A stretch of DNA of 63,010 nt, filler included, from an uncultured bacterium (GCA_964449065.1; 2 parts of 2 records of this genome joined end to end with filler, not necessarily neighbours in it); one strand, 5' to 3'. Counted from the first letter of the whole stretch, positions 27,144 through 37,448 are shown. The notes: generated by a model not told the origin, from the sequence alone. Translations and numbers: made by a program.

Positions 27144-29675
27144 ATGAGTATCACCAGAATCAACAACAATGTGGCGGCTCTCAATGCGAATAAGAATTTG
27201 GATCGAACAGGGCGTTCGCTTCAAAAGAACATTGAGAGACTGTCGTCCGGTTTGCGAATTAACCGGGCAGGAGACGACGCGGCGGGGATGACCATTGCCA
27301 CGCGGCTGCGTTCTCAAGTACGTGGATTGGACCGTGCGATCATGAACGCTCAGGACGGGGTCAACTTGATCACCGTAGCCGAGGGCGCCATGGATGAAAT
27401 GACACGGCGGTTGGACCGGATGCGTGTGCTTGCCGTACAAGCCGCGAACACCGGGGTCAACGACTTTGCCGCACGCCAAGCCATTCAGGATGAAGTATTT
27501 CAAAGTATCGACGAGATCACTCGAATCGCCGAGACGACCCAGTTCAGCAAGAACCGATTGCTGAATGGAGATTTCAAAGTTGACTCGCAAATTAAACCGG
27601 GTCAAGACGGAATCCAAAACTTTGGGATCAATATTGATCAAGGTCCCAGTTCGAGCACGTTGGAAAACGGACAAAGTTTTCTGAACATTGTCAAAACCAA
27701 GGAAGGCTTTCAACAGCTGATCCCTGGTTTGGATGCCAACGGGCAATCGCGCACCATGCATTTGGGTGTAAACGACGCATCCGACATTGCGGTTTCGCTG
27801 GGCTTCTTTAGCGATGGCGCCTTGTTCGGAGGTACCGGAACCACCGGTGCGGACACGCTGGGTGGGGAATTTTTTAACGGTGTGTCGATTGCGGCCCAAG
27901 GCGGGAACTTCGATGTCTTTTCATTTGACGGTGTGCTGGCTGATGGTGTCACCAAGTTTAACGGAACGCTCAGCCTCACGGGCGGCTCGACGATGACGGA
28001 CCTTTTATCCGCGGTCAATGCGGCTATTGACAACGCGGAGTTTAATCTCTTCGGCGTCTCTTCGTCCGCCAGTGTTCCCACCTCTTTCCAAACGAACGTG
28101 TCCATCGGAGCCGGTTCCAATGGCGGACGGCTGCTGCTCTTCGGGTCTGCCGAAACCGTAAACTTATCCAGCATTGATATACGCTTGCTGCGCGGCAACA
28201 CCCTTGTCACCCAAGCCCAAGGGGTTACCCGCTCCGGTGAAATCGGCACGAACTCCGCTCTCAATGGTGTCGGGCAGATCGGCAATTCGACTACCGCCAT
28301 AACCGGCTCGACCTTTGGAGCAGGCGAGTTTGCCATCCAAGTGGAAGATGTGCAGGGGCCGCAAAACCGGACGTTAAAAAGCACCATTCCTTTGTTTAAT
28401 CAAAACGGCTCCGTGCTGGACCGCACCGCTTCTCTCACCAGCGGGGTACGAGGTCTGAATTTAAACGGGACGTTTGTCGGCGGCATTTATACCGGCGGTA
28501 CTTCGATATCCGGCGGGGATACCGTGACGTTACGCGGTGTGGAAGCCGATGGGACTACGTTTGAATCGACATTCACGTTTTCAAACGCAGCTTCCACAGA
28601 TACCGTACTGAACGATTTTCAATTTGCCTCCATTAGCGGATTGATCAGCGAATTAAACTTTCGCACGCGGGATTATACAGTGAACACGGAAGATGGAAAC
28701 AAATCCCGGTTTGAATCGGCATTGTTTACGCTAGCTGCGGATGGACGGCTACAATTAATTGATGATTTAGCCCGCGATAATTCTCAATTGAATTTTACCC
28801 TTACCTTTAATGACAGCACGTCTTCGGCAACGCCTGCCTTCACCATTGCCGATAAAGGAGAACTGCTGAAAGAAGGGTTTGCCGAATCCGCCACGTTCCG
28901 GTTGGGTGGCGGTCCAGCCGTGCGGGCAGTCGCCGGAGAGCAAATCACTCTGTTTGGGGAAGAAGAGACAATCCCCGGTGTGGTTCAACAAAAAGTCACG
29001 CTGCGGGTTGGAACCAATCTGGTCGCGGGGACGGATTTCATTGCTGTTGAAAACGATGAATTTGTCGGACGTTTGAACGGAGGGCCGGAGGTTACCTTCC
29101 AAAACGGGGCCCAGGATGTGGTGTTTATCGACGATGGCAGTTTTCAATCCGGTGTGGCCCGAACCCTTCAAGTCGATTTTGACGATGTGCTGGATATTAC
29201 CCGTGACCCGAACAACTTCCCGGATGCAGGAACCACGGTTGTGATCTCTACCGTCAACCGGTCGATGAACTTCCAGATCGGTGCATTTGCCGGTCAAAAC
29301 TTTCGCACCAGTATAGGCGATTTAACTTCGCGAAACTTAGGGTTCGGAGCGGGGAGCGGCCGAACCGTCGAAAACATCGATGTGCGCTCGGTAGAAGGCG
29401 CCAACGAAGCACTGCGTATCATCGACGAAGCGTTAGAGCAAATCAACCGGACGCGGTCGCTCTTGGGTGCCGCCACCAACCGCTTGGAAGGAACAATATC
29501 CAACTTAACCGTATCGTCCGAAAACTTGTTGGCATCGGAATCCCGCTTGCGGGATGCGGATATAGCGAGAGAGTCAACCGAATTCTCGAAGAATCAGATT
29601 CTCTTGCAGGCTTCGACATCGGTCTTGGCTCAGGCCAACCTCATCCAGCAAAACTTCCTGTCACTTCTGGGATAA
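27144..29675 (+). CDS. fliC: Flagellin 2 (843 aa, large variable region)
   Basis: Conserved flagellin N-terminus (LSSGLRINRAGDDAAG) and C-terminus (ASESRLRDADIA...VLAQAN). Confidence 0.96.
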   Translation: MSITRINNNVAALNANKNLDRTGRSLQKNIERLSSGLRINRAGDDAAGMTIATRLRSQVRGLDRAIMNAQDGVNLITVAEGAMDEMTRRLDRMRVLAVQAANTGVNDFAARQAIQDEVFQSIDEITRIAETTQFSKNRLLNGDFKVDSQIKPGQDGIQNFGINIDQGPSSSTLENGQSFLNIVKTKEGFQQLIPGLDANGQSRTMHLGVNDASDIAVSLGFFSDGALFGGTGTTGADTLGGEFFNGVSIAAQGGNFDVFSFDGVLADGVTKFNGTLSLTGGSTMTDLLSAVNAAIDNAEFNLFGVSSSASVPTSFQTNVSIGAGSNGGRLLLFGSAETVNLSSIDIRLLRGNTLVTQAQGVTRSGEIGTNSALNGVGQIGNSTTAITGSTFGAGEFAIQVEDVQGPQNRTLKSTIPLFNQNGSVLDRTASLTSGVRGLNLNGTFVGGIYTGGTSISGGDTVTLRGVEADGTTFESTFTFSNAASTDTVLNDFQFASISGLISELNFRTRDYTVNTEDGNKSRFESALFTLAADGRLQLIDDLARDNSQLNFTLTFNDSTSSATPAFTIADKGELLKEGFAESATFRLGGGPAVRAVAGEQITLFGEEETIPGVVQQKVTLRVGTNLVAGTDFIAVENDEFVGRLNGGPEVTFQNGAQDVVFIDDGSFQSGVARTLQVDFDDVLDITRDPNNFPDAGTTVVISTVNRSMNFQIGAFAGQNFRTSIGDLTSRNLGFGAGSGRTVENIDVRSVEGANEALRIIDEALEQINRTRSLLGAATNRLEGTISNLTVSSENLLASESRLRDADIARESTEFSKNQILLQASTSVLAQANLIQQNFLSLLG

Positions 29676-29697
29676 AGTGAGGTTCAGTAGTATGAGG

Positions 29698-29735
29698 TTC
29701 AGGGGAGGGAGCGCCGCCCTCCCCTGAATGCTTTT
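29698..29735 (+). terminator. Probable intrinsic terminator
   Basis: TTCAGGGGAGGG/CCCTCCCCTGAA 12-bp stem followed by TGCTTTT. Confidence 0.65.
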
Positions 29736-29922
29736 CTAAGTGAAGTATAATTTTCAGAATTTCAACAAATACGATATAATGCTTGCTTAAAATATCATCA
29801 GTTTGATACAAGGTGGAATTCTCAAGTAGAGACCTCAACCCCACCCTAACCTCCCCAGTCTTTGGGGGGGAGTTCTCATCAAACAACGAAAAATAGAACC
29901 GCAACTCTATGAGGTGAATTGA

Positions 29923-31164
29923 ATGTCTTCCACACAATGTCCGGTCTGCAAAAGTGATAACCATCACCAATTTTGGTATTGGGAAAAAGAAGACAAACTC
30001 ATGCGCGATTGGGCGTTGGATACCCAAGTGACGTTTTCCATCTGCCGGGATTGCAGCACCATTTTTCAGAATCCTTTAGTGGAATCCGCCCCGCCGCAAG
30101 ACAGCGGGTTTGGCAGTTGGGGCGATGGCGACATTGTGTATCCCGCCGATGAGCCTTTGATGTGGCTCAAACAATTCACCCCCAACGGAGAAAAACGCGG
30201 CCGGGTGTTGGAAGTGTATCATCAAGAGAAACGCTTTGTGCCTCAATTGCAGCAAGACGGTTGGGATGTTGTGAAATCGGTTTCCGCATCTGACCTGCTT
30301 TCGGATGAATCATCTTTGGAAAGTGTAGAAGAAGAAAAACCGGTTGAAGGGAATTTGTTTGATGTAGTCATTTGTTTTGAGGCATTAAACAAACAATCCG
30401 ACCCGGTTGCTTTGCTGGAAGCCATTTACCCTATGGTTGATGACGAGGGTGGAATTTATCTTGAAGTGGATAACCCCAGTGTTATGCCGCGCCATAACAA
30501 AATCTGTTTATCGAGCGCGGAACCGGTGCATTTTCCGTTTCATGCGTTGATTTTCGCGCTGCACAAAGTGGGATTTATGAACAGCGCGGCGGAAATGTGC
30601 GGAAAAATACGCTGTTTTGGCAAGAAAATACCGCCCAATCCGGATACCGCACCCAGCCAGGTCATGCCCGAGCGGTTGTGGGAACATACGCTTTACCGCT
30701 TTCAGCGCAACTATTATTGGGCAAAAGTTACGAAATATCTGCAAGATTATATCACGCGGCTTCCGGGAGAAACAAATTTAGCGGATACAGCCCGGTCGGA
30801 GCTTCATCAAGACCAAAATATGCTGCAGATTGTAAGAGACGTATGCGGCGGGTCGCTATTATTGGCGCAAGAAGTGAATGAATTGCAAAACAGTCTGCCG
30901 CAAGACTGGTACCGCACCATGCAGCGGATTTTTGATATCTTTAAAAATGATCTAGCGTTATACGATCTGTTTCAGGTCAACCCAATTCCGGATTTGGGAT
31001 TGTTTGAAGGTGTGGAGCGTTTTCATTACAAAGAAAAAATGATCTATATGACGAATGAGGATTATTTTCAGAAATATTTTAGCGAAGAGGAAGCCAAAGA
31101 ACTCTGTGAAGGCATCATCCGCTCCGGCCACACGGTCTGCGGGCATTTGAGCTCATTTCTGTGA
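29923..31164 (+). CDS. Methyltransferase-fold hypothetical protein with N-terminal Cys pairs
   Basis: CPVC...CRDC; RVLEV; FDVVICFEALNK..DP..LL; GGIYLEV. The glycine-rich SAM loop is absent. Confidence 0.55.
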   Translation: MSSTQCPVCKSDNHHQFWYWEKEDKLMRDWALDTQVTFSICRDCSTIFQNPLVESAPPQDSGFGSWGDGDIVYPADEPLMWLKQFTPNGEKRGRVLEVYHQEKRFVPQLQQDGWDVVKSVSASDLLSDESSLESVEEEKPVEGNLFDVVICFEALNKQSDPVALLEAIYPMVDDEGGIYLEVDNPSVMPRHNKICLSSAEPVHFPFHALIFALHKVGFMNSAAEMCGKIRCFGKKIPPNPDTAPSQVMPERLWEHTLYRFQRNYYWAKVTKYLQDYITRLPGETNLADTARSELHQDQNMLQIVRDVCGGSLLLAQEVNELQNSLPQDWYRTMQRIFDIFKNDLALYDLFQVNPIPDLGLFEGVERFHYKEKMIYMTNEDYFQKYFSEEEAKELCEGIIRSGHTVCGHLSSFL

Positions 31165-31581
31165 GTGATCTGGAATTTCATTGATCGCACTTTTGGTATA
31201 GTAGAATTCTTTCAAATCATGATTAAACAATTCATAGGCATAGATTGCTTCACCCTGAAAATGGGTTCTTGTAGTTAAGATTCTATTAACAAAACCATCT
31301 AAGTTTAATGTGTGCATCGGACCGTTTCCAATAATGACATCCGCTTTTTTATCTTGTGTGCTGGATTTGATTTCATTTATTTGTTCCAAAAACATTTGGT
31401 CATTTGGCGTGTAACACATAGGGAATACTCCATCAATCCTTCCTTCATCGATCCACGTTTTCCAGTCTTGACCTAAATTCCGTTCCGCTGAATCTATGTT
31501 TGGAAATACCGCTGCGGAAATATAAATATTATTCTTGATATCTCTTGCATAACCGGAAAGCGTTTGAAGCAGTTGTGTGAC
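31153..31581 (-). CDS. Glycosyl hydrolase-like 10 (YddW-type) protein, 3' part only (cut by the gap)
   Basis: Manual translation gives ISAAVFP...LGQDWKTWIDEGRIDGVFPMCY, and the frame is open to the N-run. Confidence 0.75.
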   Translation of the reverse strand, partial: VTQLLQTLSGYARDIKNNIYISAAVFPNIDSAERNLGQDWKTWIDEGRIDGVFPMCYTPNDQMFLEQINEIKSSTQDKKADVIIGNGPMHTLNLDGFVNRILTTRTHFQGEAIYAYELFNHDLKEFYYTKSAINEIPDHSQK

Positions 31582-31583
31582 AC

Positions 31584-31683
31584 NNNNNNNNNNNNNNNNN
31601 NNNNNNNNNNNNNNNNNNNNNNNNNNNTTAATTAATTAANNNNNNNNNNNNNNNNNNNNNNNNNNNNNNNNNNNNNNNNNNNN
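31584..31683. other. Artificial contig linker
   Basis: N-runs flanking TTAATTAATTAA (stops in all six frames). Confidence 0.97.
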
Positions 31684-31740
31684 TAGGCCACTAGACGATG
31701 GGGACTATTTTACTTTTTTTACACTTTTTACTTTTGTATA

Positions 31741-31786
31741 GTTAACTCAATTTGCATAGTTAACTCAATTTGCATAGTTAACTCAA
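31741..31786. repeat. 18-bp tandem repeat, about 2.5 copies
   Basis: GTTAACTCAATTTGCATA twice, then GTTAACTCAA. Confidence 0.85.
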
Positions 31787-32061
31787 CATGTTAGAAACGG
31801 CATATTCAATCTGTCGCCGCGTTCACTCGTTCGTGATTTTCAAGTGCCTTCCAATAGTTCATCCAAACACAAGGCGATATTGTATTAACTTTCTTTGATT
31901 TGGCAACCTCATTATAGAACTATTTCCAAATTATCCATACAAGATCAAATTCCAAGCGATTCTGCTGGAGAAAACACGCTTTTTTTTATACGATCAAATA
32001 GATTTCTTCACGCAAGTTATTGATTGAATCAAACCGTGCTTTCAGTTCGGTGGGGATATCT

Positions 32062-32363
32062 TATACCAAGTTGCAATTTGGATTTCTGAGAAAGCGGCAT
32101 TCGCAAGCGGGACGCCTGCACTACAACCAGCCTAAGAATCGTTTTAGTGTAGGCATCTTGCCTGAACATGGTTTGAGTATTTTTACCCGGTGTTCCTATT
32201 TGCAATTGGTATTATACCAAGTTGCAGGGAAAATGTTATTGATACATTGCCTTAATATTGTAGAGGCTGCCTCCCGTGGCTGCGCTGCTATGAGGTAACC
32301 ACGGGGTGTTACCCCTACAAAATAGCAGATGGAATCACTCACTTTCTTTTTGCAACTTGATAT
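32062..32363. mobile_element. Two head-to-tail MITE-like elements with REP-like cargo
   Basis: TATACCAAGTTGCA...TGCAATTGGTAT, then TATACCAAGTTGCA...TGCAACTTGATA; internal GTAG/CTAC hairpins. Confidence 0.65.
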
Positions 32364-32837
32364 CATTCAAACACAAGGTCTATCGTCATCTCCGTTTGGG
32401 CTACTCTTTGTACACCAATCATCTTGAGTCACTGATGCCCTCGAGTTATTTGAACCGCGAATACACGCGAATCAACGCCAAAAATGACTTTGCCGATGCC
32501 GGTCCATAGGATTTCAATGACTATATTGTCAATCATGGACGCGAATAAGCCCGGACCGTTTCTATCTCATGAAATAGGGGCTGATAGAAATGAGCAAGTT
32601 TACCAGTATGGCTAAGAGATCGACACACCAGCTGGAAGCAGATGCTCCCCACCACTTTTAGAACTTTTTCACCATTAAAAGATCTGTACGGAGAGTAGAG
32701 GCTTGGGAGGGAAAAACTCTCTTCAAACGGCTGACCTATTATACTTATTCTATTAAGGATAGGTAAGAACTTGACGAGCACATCAGCACGGAAGGTTTAT
32801 TAAGAGGAAGTCCATCTCCAGAAAAGATTCACTCATT

Positions 32838-33260
32838 TCATTCCCGTTTTAGTAAATAGACGGCTAATTCCAGCAAGGCGTCGTTTGGGGTTTTGAATAT
32901 GTAGGGGTTTTCGGCGGAGGGGTGCTGGACTTTCCAGACTTCGCGGGCTTCTTCGACTCCGGGAATAAGCGTGGGAAAGAAGCCGGTCGTGTCAAAGATG
33001 ATTTGCAGCAGCATTTCGATGGTGGGGATGATGACGCAGTTATCGTCTTCCTGCCAGTTTTGGATGTAGGCAATGTTGGTCTCATGGATGGGCAGCGGTA
33101 TGAGTTCGTCCACGACAGCGAGTTGTCCGCTGCGAACGGCCACCACACGGAACGACTGCCCTTGAAAGACTACTTCGCAGCCGGGTTCGATGGGTATAAT
33201 GATGTTTAAAAAAACACAGCGTTTTTTGAGCATTACGCATAAGTCAATGTTTTCCAGCAT
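32838..33260 (-). CDS. Hypothetical protein
   Basis: 140-aa ORF with a GGAG SD, downstream of the MEMO-AMMECR1 gene. Confidence 0.65.
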   Translation of the reverse strand: MLENIDLCVMLKKRCVFLNIIIPIEPGCEVVFQGQSFRVVAVRSGQLAVVDELIPLPIHETNIAYIQNWQEDDNCVIIPTIEMLLQIIFDTTGFFPTLIPGVEEAREVWKVQHPSAENPYIFKTPNDALLELAVYLLKRE

Positions 33261-33343
33261 AAAAAACTCCGAGTATTGAGTATTCGGTATTCGATTTCGT
33301 ATGGTAGGTTACGATTTTTCACCGAGAACGGAAGTTGTAAATC

Positions 33344-34810
33344 TTAAACCATATATCCTTTAAAAGGTGGGGTGGTGAATTCCGTATCACTGAAGACTTC
33401 GGCTTCGTAGACGTAGATATCGGTTGCGGTATCTTTCCAGGCATCAGGCATGAGATCGGCTTTGGTGCAGGTGTGCTGTAAAAACGTAAGCGCATCCCAG
33501 TCGCGTTCGGATGCCACCTGCGGTAAGAGCGTGCCGCTTTGCGTGCCTTTTATGATTTTGATGCCGTGTTTGCCGATGAGAATGTCTTCCGGCCCATTTA
33601 TTTTGCTTTCCGGTGATAAAACGGAAATCGAAATGGATGTATCCGGCAGCTCCGAAAGTGTTATGGGAGTAAAACGGCTGTCTCCTGTAGCGGAATCGGC
33701 TGCGAGTTGCGCGGCTAGATCTTTTAAGAGGCATCCTGCCGCGTCAAAACGCCCTAGGCACCCCCGCAGTTCGCCTTTGTGTTTGAGAGTGATAAACAAT
33801 CCATTTTCTTGCAGCAGCATGGCCGAATCTGTACGGGGTGTATAACTCTCATTTTTCAGTCTTGCCTTGATGCTCTCCCGTGCAATTGTCAGCAGTTCTT
33901 TTTTCTCGGCATCCGTTAGGGATTCATCCGTCTCTGCGGGATAATAAAGAGCGGCGGAACCGTAGCCTACCACCCGGTCTTTTTCACCAAAAGCGCTATC
34001 GCCGCTGTTTTGATAGCGCAATACTTTGGCTTGCGAGATGCCCAGTTCTGTTGCTGTTTCCAAAACACAGAGCGCCGGCGCGCTGCCGCACATAACGCAG
34101 TGCAAGTTGGGCACCCGTTCGTTTTCCAGGTGTTGAATGGAATCCATAAAGAGCTTTGGATTCACGGTTTCCAACGCGGCAAGCGCTGCCTGATCCAGAC
34201 GGACGGCCTCTTCATACGTGGGAAAGTGGCTCAGATCGGAGGAGAGGCAGATCAAGATATTTTTCCGCGGGAATAATCCAAGAGTATCCGCAATGCCCTT
34301 GCCTATGCGGCGGCAAACATCCGGCTGAAGATGTGAGGTTAAGATCGAAGCCGTCTTCGCAAGCGGAAAAACAGTTTGGACAAAGGGCAGATTGACTTCA
34401 ATGGAATGCTCGCCTTGGTAGGGGAACATATCGGTATAGAACGGCTCGCCAATTTGGAGAAAGGCGGAAGTCAGTTCTTCATCGGTTTCGATTTCACCGA
34501 GAGGAGTTTGCATCGCCCTGCCGCTGAAAACGCACGCGCCTTGCACGCCTTTGTGGGAGAGGGCAATGAATAAGACTGTATCCACATTTTGATTGGAAAT
34601 ATGTTTGAAAGAATAGCCCGCGACCGGTGCGGAAAACACATACCCGGCGTGAGGCACAAGGACGGCAAAGACTCTGCTTTGGGCCGGATCACACGCTGCC
34701 GTTTGGATTGCTTGCCGTACTTCGTCTTGCAGTTGAGTGGGGTTGGCGGGATAAAACCGTCCGGCGGCGCTGGGGTTTAAAACCGAAGAAAACCGGTGTT
34801 GAACCTGCAT
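33344..34810 (-). CDS. AmmeMemoRadiSam protein B (MEMO1) and protein A (AMMECR1) fusion
   Basis: AGRFYP, PHAGYVFS, EHSIEV, SSDLSHF and VVGYG, followed by LRGCLG, ISVLS and LLPQV. Confidence 0.92.
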   Translation of the reverse strand: MQVQHRFSSVLNPSAAGRFYPANPTQLQDEVRQAIQTAACDPAQSRVFAVLVPHAGYVFSAPVAGYSFKHISNQNVDTVLFIALSHKGVQGACVFSGRAMQTPLGEIETDEELTSAFLQIGEPFYTDMFPYQGEHSIEVNLPFVQTVFPLAKTASILTSHLQPDVCRRIGKGIADTLGLFPRKNILICLSSDLSHFPTYEEAVRLDQAALAALETVNPKLFMDSIQHLENERVPNLHCVMCGSAPALCVLETATELGISQAKVLRYQNSGDSAFGEKDRVVGYGSAALYYPAETDESLTDAEKKELLTIARESIKARLKNESYTPRTDSAMLLQENGLFITLKHKGELRGCLGRFDAAGCLLKDLAAQLAADSATGDSRFTPITLSELPDTSISISVLSPESKINGPEDILIGKHGIKIIKGTQSGTLLPQVASERDWDALTFLQHTCTKADLMPDAWKDTATDIYVYEAEVFSDTEFTTPPFKGYMV

Positions 34811-35043
34811 GATGGATTGTGCCTACTTCCTTTAAATATCGATCCAAACTGTTTAATGGATCATACAACCAATTGCAAAAGGAAAAACGGGACGGATTCG
34901 TTGGGTAAAAATGGCGTTACTTTTCGTGGTGTTTTGCGTTTATTCCTTTGCGGTTTCATTGCACTGGTTATCATTTTACACTACGAATACAATTTTCGTA
35001 TAGAACATTCCAGGTTTAATTTGAAACGAGAGGTTGAAGGGAC

Positions 35044-36009
35044 ATGAAGCAAGCATTTCGGTCCGGTCTTTTTTTATGTTATTTCGTTGGCTTGGTTGCA
35101 GCAGTTAGTGTACACCATGCCCAGTCAAATACAGCGGCTGAGGTGATCGCTGCGTACACCAAAAATGCCCGCGAAGTGCATGAATGGAAGATGAATGCGC
35201 TATTTGAAATTCAAATGTTGTATACCCAATCGGTGGACGAGGAAGAAAAAATTGAGTATGAAAACGTGTTCGCTCTGCCGGTGGAAGACAATATGTACGT
35301 GGAGCATGATCAATTGTTTTGTAAAACCTATGCCCGAATGGAATGGAAAGTGGAGCTAACCCCCACCGCCATGAAAGGCCATCAAACCATTGAAACCGCT
35401 CAAGCACGATTCACCGCATCGAATCCTTACCTCAATGAAGAAGACACCGAAGAATTGAAAGCGATGAAACCGCTGCCGGATCTACGATTTCAATTTCAAA
35501 CCCCTGCTGTAGGCGAAAACGCCGAAGCAACATTTCTACACATCGTATTGCCGCCTTCCCTGCATCAATGGCATCATCCGTATTCCATATGGTATCCGCT
35601 GCCGGAGCATATCGGTCTTCCGGAAGATACCTCAAAGATTGTAATGACACAGGGAGATGATCTGTTGTATGCCTTGATGTACACTCCCACAAAACTGGAT
35701 GAGAAGTTAATGGATTATCTGGTTCATGCCACGCAAGATTCCGGGTTAAACGAGAGCGAATTGGTCTGCACGCTTTTGATTGATCCCATATCGTTCACCT
35801 GCAAGTCGTTCGACATCAAGCTTCATGAAGACCGAAAACACAGTTTGTTTTCGATCAGCAGTTTTTCTGAAGCGATGGCGGGTACAAAAACACCGATTCC
35901 AACAAGATCATTGATGATGACCGCTGTTAAAAACCAAACAGAAGACGGCGTAAAATGGACGATGGAATACTCACGCCGGTTTGAGTTGAAGAGTTTTGTT
36001 AGAGAATAA
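35044..36009 (+). CDS. Hypothetical exported protein
   Basis: 321-aa ORF with an N-terminal signal-like segment. Confidence 0.7.
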   Translation: MKQAFRSGLFLCYFVGLVAAVSVHHAQSNTAAEVIAAYTKNAREVHEWKMNALFEIQMLYTQSVDEEEKIEYENVFALPVEDNMYVEHDQLFCKTYARMEWKVELTPTAMKGHQTIETAQARFTASNPYLNEEDTEELKAMKPLPDLRFQFQTPAVGENAEATFLHIVLPPSLHQWHHPYSIWYPLPEHIGLPEDTSKIVMTQGDDLLYALMYTPTKLDEKLMDYLVHATQDSGLNESELVCTLLIDPISFTCKSFDIKLHEDRKHSLFSISSFSEAMAGTKTPIPTRSLMMTAVKNQTEDGVKWTMEYSRRFELKSFVRE

Positions 36010-36014
36010 CCGTT

Positions 36015-37361
36015 TCAGCGCATGGATATTTTTTTCCAATGGCCGGAGGCAAAGCGGTTTACGGTTAAGACGCATTGAATGATCGGCGCTACGCCCCAAA
36101 TCAGCCATGCCCCTTGTAAATCCCATTCCAAGGGATGGGTTAACAGCAGGGCAAAAGGCATCATGAATAACCATTGGGCGATTACCGTATAGCGCATGGA
36201 GGGTTTGGTATCGCCGGCACCCGCCAAGGCACCACTGGCCGCGATGGAAAGACAATTGGCGAATTGTTCAACCGCAATCCATTGCAAAGTAATTTTTCCC
36301 AATTCAATCACTCTGGGATCATCACTAAACAAAGCGATTAAGGTGTACGGAAACAAGAACAGAATGAGGCTTTGCAGCAAAAAAGTGATTCCCACAAAGA
36401 CGATGGTGGTCCAACCGTACGACTCGGCTTCCGCTAAGTTGTTTTTGCCGATGGCCTGTCCCACCAAGGCGGAAGAAGCAACCTGAAACGCCAGAGCCGG
36501 CATGATGGCAAACAAGCGGAGTTGAAACCCTGCCGTTGCCGCCGCGACCGCGTGCGTACCATACGAAGTGGAAGCAATGATGGCAAAAAAGACGATGCGC
36601 GCCCCGTTGCGGGCAAACCCGGATAAGCCGGTCGGGATGCCGACTGCCATCATTTTATAGATAATATCTAGATGGATATCTTTTTCGAAATGGATACGTA
36701 CATCGCGTTTTTTGCGGGTTAAGATGAATAGGGCGATCGCCGCACCGACTAAGCGGGCGGAGATCGTGCCGTAAGCGATTCCCTGTACTCCCAGTTCGGG
36801 AAAGGGACCAATGCCGAAGATGAGAATGTAATCGAAACCGGTGTTGAGAGTATTGACCAAAAGAGCAATTTTAAGCGGTGTTTTTGAATCTCCCACCGCC
36901 CGAAAAATGGCGGTGGTAGAAAAATTGAAGAGAAGAAAAATCACTCCGGCCATGAGCGTTTCCAGGTAGGCGGAGGATTGGATTAACACCTCTTCCCGCG
37001 CGCCGATGAGAAACAAGCATGGTTTCGCGACCCATACCCCAATCACCCCGAACAATATGCCCCCAAAGACCGATAAGACTATAGCATGAAAGGCGACCGA
37101 AGACGCTTTCGAAAAATCTTGAGCGCCGAAATGTTGGGAAATGAGCGTGATGGTGCCTGTGGTGATGGCAAGGGTTCCGATCATGAGAACCAAAAAAAGT
37201 TGGCGGGCAAATCCGATGGAGGCGACCGCTTCCGAACCGATGAAGCCGGCAAAATAGATATCGACAGCGCCGACCATGATCTCTAAAAACGAGTATAAAA
37301 CCGTGGGCAGCGCTAACGTTAAAATTAAGCGGAGAGCGTTCCATGACAGGTGAGGGTACAT
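36015..37361 (-). CDS. MATE family efflux transporter
   Basis: About 12 TM helices; LALP; ISQHFGA; FRAVGDSKTP; LVGQAIG; GAGDTK. Confidence 0.92.
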   Translation of the reverse strand: MYPHLSWNALRLILTLALPTVLYSFLEIMVGAVDIYFAGFIGSEAVASIGFARQLFLVLMIGTLAITTGTITLISQHFGAQDFSKASSVAFHAIVLSVFGGILFGVIGVWVAKPCLFLIGAREEVLIQSSAYLETLMAGVIFLLFNFSTTAIFRAVGDSKTPLKIALLVNTLNTGFDYILIFGIGPFPELGVQGIAYGTISARLVGAAIALFILTRKKRDVRIHFEKDIHLDIIYKMMAVGIPTGLSGFARNGARIVFFAIIASTSYGTHAVAAATAGFQLRLFAIMPALAFQVASSALVGQAIGKNNLAEAESYGWTTIVFVGITFLLQSLILFLFPYTLIALFSDDPRVIELGKITLQWIAVEQFANCLSIAASGALAGAGDTKPSMRYTVIAQWLFMMPFALLLTHPLEWDLQGAWLIWGVAPIIQCVLTVNRFASGHWKKISMR

Positions 37362-37448
37362 AGGGAAATGGTACAGCCACCGTTTGCTTGCAACAATGTT
37401 TAGGGCATGATATTCTTATTTTTACTATTGTTAACAGGGGATGAAATT

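Noticed and set aside
26574..27899. 441-aa minus-strand ORF in the ORF track
   Set aside because: Largely the antisense shadow of flagellin 2 plus the spacer, with implausible composition and no motifs.
22878..29675. Proteolytic flagellin, or a TnpB/TldR-associated flagellin locus
   Set aside because: No HExxH motif seen in either flagellin, and no TnpB/Cas12-like or csrA ORF in the window.
31628..31639. TTAATTAATTAA palindrome as a biological site
   Set aside because: It is embedded in N-runs and is a standard scaffold linker.
31741..31786. CRISPR array
   Set aside because: The repeats are contiguous without spacers, and there are no cas genes. No repeat-spacer array was seen elsewhere.
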